The position numbers were made by a program, and so were the translations under genes. From positions 5,144 to 69,143 of the forward strand of contig JBDRAN010000056.1 of assembly GCA_043823745.1 (NCBI GenBank): DNA of 64,000 nt. The letters are read 5' to 3'. Below, one piece after another: positions 56,463 to 64,000 of this stretch. Each line of letters opens with the position of its first letter. Positions within the stretch are counted from its first letter, which is position 1. A model generated the notes under the pieces. The model was not told the DNA's origin, made no database searches, and was given only the letters and a program-made list of their open reading frames with translations. The DNA is from Candidatus Omnitrophota bacterium (GTDB taxonomy: Bacteria > Omnitrophota > Gorgyraeia > Duberdicusellales > 4484-171).

Positions 56463-57461
56463 GTGTCCTCTTCCAATAAAATAACCATCAAAGAAGTCGC
56501 TCAGCGTGCCGGCGTTTCTATCGCAACGGTATCTCGTTACCTCAATAATCCTTCCTCACTCAAAGAAGAAAACCGCCGTAAAGTAGAAAAAATCGCTAAG
56601 GAAGCTAATTATCAACCCCTCATGTATGCCCGCCGGCTTGCCGGGGGAAAGCTTAATACGTTTGGCTTGGTTATTCCCGGCTATGAGGATATATTCTATT
56701 CTTTTTACGCTCTAGAAATTATCCGCGGCGTAGGGATGGCACTGGACAAAGAAGATCTTGATCTGCACTTGCATATTTACAGCGGTAAAGATACCTTTAA
56801 GACCTCATTAATCGACGGCGCAATCTTTGCCGATATTATCGGCAACGAGAAGCAAGTGGCGCGTCTTGTTAAAGAAGAATTCCCCGTAGTTGTTATAAAC
56901 CACGCGATAGAGGATCCCGAGATCAGCTCTGTTGCGATTAATAATTTTAAGGGGGCATACGAAGCGACTGAATTTTTGATACATCATGGCCATAAAATTG
57001 TAGCGCATCTTGCCGGCGACCAGCGTGTGCAGTGTGCCAGTGACCGTCTCCAGGGTTACAAGGCGGCGCTCAAAAAAGGCAATATTGATTTACACAACGA
57101 CTACATTAAGGTGACCAATTTTTCCCGTAAAGAAGCACGGGAGAAGCTTGAGGAGCTCTTTAGCCTTAAAAATCCTCCCACCGCAATTTTCTGCTGTAGC
57201 GATGAAGTAGCGAGCGAGGTTCTCGCGTATGCGGAAGAGAAGCGTATCAATATTCCTAAAGACCTAAGCGTTGTCGGCTTTGATGATAATCCGCATTGTC
57301 TCTATGGGAACTTGATGCTTACGACCGTCAGACAGCCTGTTTTAAAAATGGCATCGTTGGGAGTGGAAATCTTACGCGATATAGTCAAGAAAAAGAAAAC
57401 TCCGCAGAAAATTACTCTTGAAACGGAGCTTATCGTTCGAGACACGGTTAATTTCTTATAA
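56463..57461 (+). CDS. LacI-family transcriptional regulator
   Basis: TIKEVAQRAGVSIATVSRYLN, PTAIFC..D, LSVVGFDD, LTTVRQP. Confidence 0.93.
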   Translation: MSSSNKITIKEVAQRAGVSIATVSRYLNNPSSLKEENRRKVEKIAKEANYQPLMYARRLAGGKLNTFGLVIPGYEDIFYSFYALEIIRGVGMALDKEDLDLHLHIYSGKDTFKTSLIDGAIFADIIGNEKQVARLVKEEFPVVVINHAIEDPEISSVAINNFKGAYEATEFLIHHGHKIVAHLAGDQRVQCASDRLQGYKAALKKGNIDLHNDYIKVTNFSRKEAREKLEELFSLKNPPTAIFCCSDEVASEVLAYAEEKRINIPKDLSVVGFDDNPHCLYGNLMLTTVRQPVLKMASLGVEILRDIVKKKKTPQKITLETELIVRDTVNFL

Positions 57462-57539
57462 CAATATATTGTAGTGGCCGTCACGCGACACACAATATAT
57501 GGTATTTTTCTTGACAGAAATTCACCTACGTGGTATAAA
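57459..57539 (+). promoter_or_regulatory. Two NrdR boxes plus sigma70 promoter of nrdJ
   Basis: CAATATATTG (57462) and CAATATATGG (57493), 31 bp apart; TTGACA (57511)-17 nt-TATAAA (57534). Confidence 0.85.
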
Positions 57540-57609
57540 AAAGCGTTCCGTATTTTTCGCTTATAAAATTTTCTAAACTTCTTCATAAAGCGCGAAAGGA
57601 AGGTCGAAC

Positions 57610-59913
57610 ATGGATGAGAAACTAAATTTTTCCTCAAACGCCCTCATTGTTTTAAAAAAACGGTATCTTAAGAAAGATGAAAATGGAACAGTTGTAGAAA
57701 ATCCACGGCAACTGGTCGAGCGTGTCGCTGAAGCGATTGCATCCGTTGAGCGCCGCTACGGCGTCGATAAGGCAAAGATCGAGGCAATCAAAAAAAGTTT
57801 TTTTGATATTATCTCGAATCTTGAATTCTCTCCTAATTCTCCGACCTTAATGAATGCCGGCAAGGATCTCGGGCAACTTTCAGCTTGTTTTGTGGTCCCG
57901 GTTGAAGATTCTATGGAGTCAATCTTCGACGCGATTAAGGCAACGGCGTTGATCCATAAGACCGGTGGCGGCACGGGCTTTAGCTTTTCGCGACTTCGCC
58001 CGCATACCAGTATTGTGAAGTCTACCGGAGGAGTTGCGTCAGGCCCGGTATCGTTCATGAAAGTATTTGACGCCGCGACACAGGCGGTCAAGCAGGGTGG
58101 AGCGCGTCGAGGCGCTAACATGGGGATCCTGCGTGTCGATCATCCGGATATCCTGGAATTTATTAAGTGCAAAGAGAAGGAAGGGGAAATTTCAAATTTT
58201 AATATTTCAATCGCCCTGACCGATGAGTTTATGGATCGAGTGCTTAAAGAAGAAGAATATAGTCTTATCGATCCACATACGAGGTTAGCCGTAGAAAAAA
58301 TGAACGCGCCGGAGGTGTTCAATCTCATCGCATCCTACGCGCATAAGAACGGCGAGCCGGGGATTGTTTTTATTGATAGGATCAATCAGGGTAACCCTAC
58401 GCCACAGATAGGTGCTATCGAAAGCACCAATCCCTGCGGAGAACAGCCGTTGCTTCCTTATGAGTCCTGCAACTTAGGTTCTATTAATCTGGCAAAAATG
58501 CTTAAAAGCACCGAGAAAGGCTTTGAGGTTGACTGGGGTAATTTAAAACGCGTTACGACGCTCGCCACGCATTTTCTTGATAATGTTATCGATGCCAACA
58601 AATTCCCGCTCCCGCAGATCAAAGAGAATACCTTAAAGACACGTAAAATCGGCCTCGGTCTTATGGGGTGGGCTACGATGCTTGGGTATCTTGGTATTCC
58701 CTATGATAGTGACGAAGCGATTGAGCTGGCCAAGAAAGTTGCTGATTTTATTTATACCTGCGCCAAGGAAGAATCAATCCGCTTAGCGCGTGATCGTGGT
58801 GTATTCTCTGCCTGGAAGGGGAGTCTGTGGCAAGAAAGGAATATTAAGATACGTAACGCTACGTTGACAACAGTGGCCCCTACCGGCACTATCAGTATCA
58901 TTGCAGGCCCTACGTCGTCGGGAATTGAACCAAATTTCGCTCTTTGTTTCTTCCGTAATGTGCTTGACGGAGAAAAACTTGTTGAGGCTGACCCCGCGTT
59001 TGAATACATAGCAAAGAAACAGGGGTTTTATTCGCAAGAGCTGATGCAAAAGATTGCGTCGGGAGAGAGTATCCAGAATATGGAGGAAATTCCCGAGAGC
59101 GTGAAAAGAGTGTTTAAGACCGCCATGGAAATTTCTTCGTTCTGGCACATCAAACAACAGGCAGTGTTCCAAGAATACACCGATAACGCGGTTTCAAAGA
59201 CCATTAATCTTCCGAATACTGCGACCGTTGAGGACGTGAAGGAAGCGTATTTGCTGTCCTATAAATTGGGGTGTAAAGGCATTACGGTTTATCGCGATGG
59301 TTCGCGTGACGTCCAGGTGCTCACGGTTGACGCTAAGAAAAAGAATGAGCAAGCACCTGAGGTGTTATCTCAAATTCTTCCAAACTCTCAATTTGTCTCT
59401 TTTCCGCGCCCGCGGCCCGAAGTAATTCTGGGAACTACCACGAAGGTTACAACCGGTTGCGGCAATCTGTATATTACGATTAACCATGACGAAGAAGGTA
59501 GTCTTTTTGAGGTTTTTACCCAGATGGGCAAAGCTGGCGGATGCGCGGCAAGCCAGCTCGAAGCACTCGGTCGTCTTATTTCGTTATCGTTACGCGGCGG
59601 CATTGATATAAAGGTTGTGGTAGAACAGCTCAAGGGTATTCGTTGTCCGTCGCCAAGCTGGGCTAACGGAAAAAAGATTTTTTCCTGCGCTGATGCGATC
59701 GCGCGAGTTCTTGAAAAGCGTGGGGTTGATCAGAAAGAGATGGTACAGGCGGGTGTGCCCGCGCGGCAGGAAGAAAAAGTTTTGGTAAAAAAGATTACCG
59801 GCAATAGCACCGGGTTTAATAATATCGTCGGCGTTTGTCCCGAATGCGGCTTCGCGCTCAGGCATCAGGAAGGCTGCGTGTTGTGTGACGCGTGCGGATA
59901 TTCAAAGTGTTAA
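57610..59913 (+). CDS. nrdJ: Class II (B12-dependent) ribonucleotide reductase
   Basis: PNSPTLMNAG, LSACFV, TNPCGEQ, APTGTIS, KGITVYRDGSR, C-terminal TSCPD-like region and CPEC/CDAC. Confidence 0.93.
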   Translation: MDEKLNFSSNALIVLKKRYLKKDENGTVVENPRQLVERVAEAIASVERRYGVDKAKIEAIKKSFFDIISNLEFSPNSPTLMNAGKDLGQLSACFVVPVEDSMESIFDAIKATALIHKTGGGTGFSFSRLRPHTSIVKSTGGVASGPVSFMKVFDAATQAVKQGGARRGANMGILRVDHPDILEFIKCKEKEGEISNFNISIALTDEFMDRVLKEEEYSLIDPHTRLAVEKMNAPEVFNLIASYAHKNGEPGIVFIDRINQGNPTPQIGAIESTNPCGEQPLLPYESCNLGSINLAKMLKSTEKGFEVDWGNLKRVTTLATHFLDNVIDANKFPLPQIKENTLKTRKIGLGLMGWATMLGYLGIPYDSDEAIELAKKVADFIYTCAKEESIRLARDRGVFSAWKGSLWQERNIKIRNATLTTVAPTGTISIIAGPTSSGIEPNFALCFFRNVLDGEKLVEADPAFEYIAKKQGFYSQELMQKIASGESIQNMEEIPESVKRVFKTAMEISSFWHIKQQAVFQEYTDNAVSKTINLPNTATVEDVKEAYLLSYKLGCKGITVYRDGSRDVQVLTVDAKKKNEQAPEVLSQILPNSQFVSFPRPRPEVILGTTTKVTTGCGNLYITINHDEEGSLFEVFTQMGKAGGCAASQLEALGRLISLSLRGGIDIKVVVEQLKGIRCPSPSWANGKKIFSCADAIARVLEKRGVDQKEMVQAGVPARQEEKVLVKKITGNSTGFNNIVGVCPECGFALRHQEGCVLCDACGYSKC

Positions 59914-60031
59914 TGCTCAGATAATCACAGATTGAAAACACAGATTAGCGTGGACGCATACGTTTGGTCATATCTGTGGCGATCTGTGATTTTTTATCTG
60001 CGCTCACCTGTGTAAAAAAGAAAGGAAAACG

Positions 60032-60832
60032 ATGATCAAAGTGGTTCTGTTGCGGCACGGGGAAAGTGTCTGGAATGTAGAGAACAGATTCACCGGCTGG
60101 ACCGATGTTGGGCTTTCGGAAAAGGGGGCCAAAGAGGCGCATGCTGCTGCTTGGTGGCTCACCAAGGAAGGTTTTATCTTTGATGTCGCTTACACGTCGG
60201 TCTTAAAGCGCGCGATTAAAACTCTCTGGATGGTCTTAGAGGATATGGATCTTATGTGGATTCCGGTCTACAATTCCTGGCGCCTCAATGAACGTCATTA
60301 TGGAGCGCTGCAGGGGTTAAATAAAATGGAGATGGTAGAAAAATATGGTGACCAACAAGTGCTCGTATGGCGGCGAAGTTACGATACACAGCCGCCCGTG
60401 CTCTCGACTCATGACGAACGGTCCCCGTCGCGCGATCCACGCTATAAAGATTTAAAAAAGGAAGAACTCCCGCTTACTGAGTGTCTTAAGGATACGGTAG
60501 CGCGGTTTCTACCCTATTGGCACGGGACTATCGCGCCGGCGATAAAAGAGGGTAAACGCGTTGTTATCGCCGCGCACGGAAATTCCTTACGGGCACTGGT
60601 TAAATACTTGGATAATATGTCGGATAACGATATTGTGCAGCTTAATATTCCTACCGGCATTCCACTGGTCTATGAGCTTGACGATAATCTGAAGCCTTTG
60701 AAGCACTATTATTTGGGCGATCCTGAAGCTATCAAGAAAGCAGTAGAGTCGGTGGCAAACCAGACCAAAAAGAAAGAGGTAGCGGAAAAGAAAATAAAGC
60801 AACAAAGAAAGAAGAAACGAAAAAAGAAATAA
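60032..60832 (+). CDS. gpmA: 2,3-BPG-dependent phosphoglycerate mutase
   Basis: [33 protein letters not shown]. Confidence 0.96.
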   Translation: MIKVVLLRHGESVWNVENRFTGWTDVGLSEKGAKEAHAAAWWLTKEGFIFDVAYTSVLKRAIKTLWMVLEDMDLMWIPVYNSWRLNERHYGALQGLNKMEMVEKYGDQQVLVWRRSYDTQPPVLSTHDERSPSRDPRYKDLKKEELPLTECLKDTVARFLPYWHGTIAPAIKEGKRVVIAAHGNSLRALVKYLDNMSDNDIVQLNIPTGIPLVYELDDNLKPLKHYYLGDPEAIKKAVESVANQTKKKEVAEKKIKQQRKKKRKKK

Positions 60833-60940
60833 CATTTACTTACGAGTTGGTTTCCCATTATGTCGCTTTTTGAGGCTTGTGATAAAAGCTTTCGGAAAGC
60901 GACATTTGTTTTTTTGGCTCCGTGTGATACAATTGCCCGT

Positions 60941-62785
60941 ATGAAAAAGTATGACTGTATTATTATCGGAGCCGGCCACGCCGGCATTGAGGCTGCCGCA
61001 GCCAGCGCGCGGCTTGGCGCTTGTGTGCTTCTGGTCACCCTCTCGCTTGATACGATCGGAAAACTTTCCTGTAACCCTGCCATCGGAGGCGTCGCTAAGG
61101 GCCACTTGGTGAGGGAGGTAGACGCGCTCGGGGGGCTTATCGGAAAGATCACGGACACCTGCGGTCTTAATTACCGTATTTTGAATAAAAGTAAGGGCAA
61201 AGCGGTCTGGGCGACACGGGCACAGGTAGATATGGTCCAGTATTCTTTGATTGCGCGAAAGTTCCTCGAGCAAATCCCGGGTCTTGAAATTCTTGAAACA
61301 AAAATAAATAAAATTGTCGTAAAGAATAAAAAGGTTTGCGGCGTTGAGACGAACTTTGGAGAAGTGATTGCCTCAAAAGCAGTTATTGTGTGCGCCGGAA
61401 CATTTTTAAAAAGCATCATACATATCGGTATGCAGAGTTTCTCAGGCGGCCGCCTCGCCGAAGGCTCAAGTGATGAGCTTTTTGACAGTCTTAAAAAATG
61501 CGGTCATCACCTGCATCATTTTAAAACCGGAACTTGTGCGCGTCTTGACGGGCGCAGCCTTGATTATTCCGGGATGATACCGCAAGGTCCTGACTATGAA
61601 ACTCAGCCTTTTTCTTTTCTGAACGAAAAGCTTCCCGAAGACCAGCGTAATTGTTTTATCACCTATACCAACGCGAAAACGCATCGTATCATTCTTAAGA
61701 ACCTGAAACGATCGCCGCTCTACACGGGTAAAATAAAGGCTCACGGAGTGCGTTATTGCCCGTCACTTGAAGACAAAATCGTAAAGTTTCGCGATCATGA
61801 CCGCCACCAGATTTTTATCGAGCCCTGCGGACGGGAGAGTATCGAAATTTACCCAAACGGACTTTCAACGTCACTTCCTTTTGATGTGCAACTTGATTTT
61901 ATTCGCAGCATTGAAGGCCTGGCGCGTGCCCGGATGCTCAAGCCCGGCTACGGTATTGAACATGGGTGCATTGACGCCCGCGAGCTGGGCCAGACGTTAG
62001 AATCAAAACGTGCCCGCGGACTTTATTTCGCGGGTCAGGTTAACGGTACGACCGGTTATGAGGAGGCAGCAGCTCAGGGCTGCGTCGCCGGGATTAATGC
62101 AGCCTTGATGGTTAAACACAGGAAACCTTTTATTCTTCGCCGGCAGGATGCGTTTACCGGGGTGTTGATTGATGATCTCACCCTGAAAGGAACTGATGAG
62201 CCGTATCGCATGTTTACGTCACGGTCTGAATTTAGACTTACCCTCAGAGAAAGTAATGCTGATGTCCGCCTTGGGCCTTTAGCGTGGCAGCTTGGGTTAA
62301 TAAGCAATGATGTCTTTGAGCGTGTGAAGCAAAAGAAAGACCAGATCGCCCGGGAGCTCGCACGGTTGCGCGCGACGCGCGTTGTTATCGACGGAGCAAA
62401 GCGTTCGCTCCATGATTTTTTCAAACGTCCGCAGACTCAATACGAGGACCTTTCAAAATATTGTCCGGCTGCCACCCCAAGCTCTTCGGTGAGGCGTGAA
62501 GTTGAGATTGAAGTAAAATACGAGGGTTTTTTGCGCCGCGAAGCAATATGGCTTGGTGAGCTAAAAAACCTTGATAAGATAAAAATACCCCGCATTAATT
62601 ATAAAGAAATTTCTTCCCTGTCGCGGGAGGTCGTGGAAAAACTTACGCGTTACAAGCCGCATACGCTCGCCCAGGCTCTCGCAATCAGTGGTATTACGCC
62701 GGCCGCAATCGTGTCGCTGTATATGTTCATACGTACCCGGCAGCAGCGGAGTAAGGGCTTACATATGGGGATACGAGAGGGCTGA
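60941..62785 (+). CDS. mnmG: tRNA uridine 5-carboxymethylaminomethyl modification enzyme
   Basis: IGAGHAGIEAA, SCNPAIGG, RYCPSLEDK, AGQVNGTTGYEEAAAQG, EPYRMFTSRSE. Confidence 0.96.
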   Translation: MKKYDCIIIGAGHAGIEAAAASARLGACVLLVTLSLDTIGKLSCNPAIGGVAKGHLVREVDALGGLIGKITDTCGLNYRILNKSKGKAVWATRAQVDMVQYSLIARKFLEQIPGLEILETKINKIVVKNKKVCGVETNFGEVIASKAVIVCAGTFLKSIIHIGMQSFSGGRLAEGSSDELFDSLKKCGHHLHHFKTGTCARLDGRSLDYSGMIPQGPDYETQPFSFLNEKLPEDQRNCFITYTNAKTHRIILKNLKRSPLYTGKIKAHGVRYCPSLEDKIVKFRDHDRHQIFIEPCGRESIEIYPNGLSTSLPFDVQLDFIRSIEGLARARMLKPGYGIEHGCIDARELGQTLESKRARGLYFAGQVNGTTGYEEAAAQGCVAGINAALMVKHRKPFILRRQDAFTGVLIDDLTLKGTDEPYRMFTSRSEFRLTLRESNADVRLGPLAWQLGLISNDVFERVKQKKDQIARELARLRATRVVIDGAKRSLHDFFKRPQTQYEDLSKYCPAATPSSSVRREVEIEVKYEGFLRREAIWLGELKNLDKIKIPRINYKEISSLSREVVEKLTRYKPHTLAQALAISGITPAAIVSLYMFIRTRQQRSKGLHMGIREG

Positions 62786-62810
62786 GATTGCCCTATAAGG
62801 GGGGGGTGGT

Positions 62811-63083
62811 ATGAGTCTTAAAATATTTTTTGCCGCTTTTAGCACTATCTTTATTGCTGAGTTATTTGATAAAACCGAGCTTGCAGTGCTTTCTCTTTCC
62901 GCTAAAGAAAAAAGCAAAATGTCAGTCTTCCTGGGTGCGATGGCGGCATTTTTCCTAGCGACGCTGCTGGCGGTTCTCTTCGGCCATCTTCTTGAGCGTT
63001 TTGTTAATCCTAAGGTTATGCGTTACGTGAGCGCCGGAATATTTTTTATAGCGGGGGCGTTGATATTATTCGATAAGCTTTGA
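62811..63083 (+). CDS. TMEM165/GDT1 (UPF0016) half-size transporter
   Basis: IFIAELFDKTEL motif (close to E-phi-G-D-K-T) and three TM helices. Confidence 0.85.
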   Translation: MSLKIFFAAFSTIFIAELFDKTELAVLSLSAKEKSKMSVFLGAMAAFFLATLLAVLFGHLLERFVNPKVMRYVSAGIFFIAGALILFDKL

Positions 63084-63155
63084 ACGCGAATTGACACCAA
63101 GAGCACGATGACACAGCTTTGCAATAACTGTAATCTTTCCCTCATCGTTGTAATC

Positions 63156-64000
63156 TTAACCAAGGCGGGAGACGATGAAATCGGCAAAGCGTTCTGTGGC
63201 ATGTGCTGAGCCGATAGTTTCCCTAAGATTCGCGAGTTCTTTTTTAACGGCAGCGTAGGTGTGCGTATCGCTTAATGTCGCGACGGCCGTATGAGCAAGA
63301 GCTTCAGATGTTGCGGTATCCTGCAGGAATTCTTCAATTATTTTTTTCTTAGCCAGTATATTAACCATCCCGATAAAATCTGTTTTAACCATTCTTCGCA
63401 GAATACTCCAGGTGAGTGCGTTAACCTTATAGAGTATCACAAAGGGGACCTCCAATAATGCGATCTCAACCGTTGCGGTTCCTGATGAGGTGATAATGAA
63501 GGCTGATTCGCCGATGGCTTCGTAGGAATGCTCGATGACCGCGATCGAGGGGTTAAAGCGAGCGTAGTATTCAAGAGGTATGTTGAGCGGCCGGATGATG
63601 CGAAAGGTATACCCCGGTAAGCGCGCGCGTATCAAGGGTACAGCCTCAAGCATTACCGGTAGATGTCGTTTTATTTCATTCTCACGTGACCCCGGTAAGA
63701 GGGAGATGACATTTTTCTTTGAGAATTTTTTTTGCGGTATTATTTCTAAGAGCGGATGACCGAAATATCGCGCTACGATCCCTTCCTTTTTGTAGAATTC
63801 TTCTTCGAACGTAAAGATAACCACCATTTCTTTGACGTAGCGCCGGATGAGCTCTATCCGGCCCTTACGCCAGGCCCAGACTTGCGGGCTAATGTAATAG
63901 TAGAGCGGGTATCTGTTGTTCAAGGTTTTAGCGAGACGTAAATTGAAGTCAGGAAAATCAATAGGGATTACAAGGTCGGGCTTTATCCGGTCAATTTCTT
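63156..64000 (-). CDS. lpxB: Lipid-A-disaccharide synthase (partial, 5' end beyond the window)
   Basis: IDFPDFNLRLA upstream in frame, YYISPQVWAWR, LLPGSR..E, SGTATVE. Confidence 0.93.
   Translation of the reverse strand, partial: EIDRIKPDLVIPIDFPDFNLRLAKTLNNRYPLYYYISPQVWAWRKGRIELIRRYVKEMVVIFTFEEEFYKKEGIVARYFGHPLLEIIPQKKFSKKNVISLLPGSRENEIKRHLPVMLEAVPLIRARLPGYTFRIIRPLNIPLEYYARFNPSIAVIEHSYEAIGESAFIITSSGTATVEIALLEVPFVILYKVNALTWSILRRMVKTDFIGMVNILAKKKIIEEFLQDTATSEALAHTAVATLSDTHTYAAVKKELANLRETIGSAHATERFADFIVSRLG

Noticed and set aside
62743-62790. yybP-ykoY Mn riboswitch upstream of the TMEM165/GDT1 gene (GGAGTA..GAGATTGC)
   Set aside because: It is too short, lacks the CGUCA-type L3 element and lies inside the mnmG coding tail. 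An RF00080 search would settle it.

Overview
This is a 64-kb housekeeping-rich chromosomal window from a diderm bacterium (lpxB, lptE, bamD, lnt, an LpxL-type acyltransferase). Gene content and style suggest Candidatus Omnitrophota/PVC, which is an inference only. It carries core genes (tilS-ftsH-folP-pdxJ-acpS-nnrD, gpsA, hom-thrC-argS-recJ, rpmB, nfo-leuS, comEA-comEC, bamD-lptE-holA, rpsT, murJ-uvrC, pilT, prfB-secA-lnt, nrdJ, gpmA, mnmG) and six tRNA genes. The main discovery is in the Thr-Tyr-Gly tRNA cluster. A cryptic tRNA-Tyr(GUA) is split between anticodon positions 35 and 36 by a 276-nt group I intron with P7.1/P7.2. A free-standing HTH plus LAGLIDADG-like ORF lies outside the intron, reads through the whole 5' exon and stops inside the intron. 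Other notable items are a GEMM-I riboswitch with A20 (3',3'-cGAMP-type) and an 85-nt two-hairpin insertion, a modular family of covarying intergenic stem-loop repeats, a tandem AUGGA-loop leader RNA, a likely cdaA deletion scar, and a prfB lacking its frameshift. No CRISPR array, integrase or transposase was seen.
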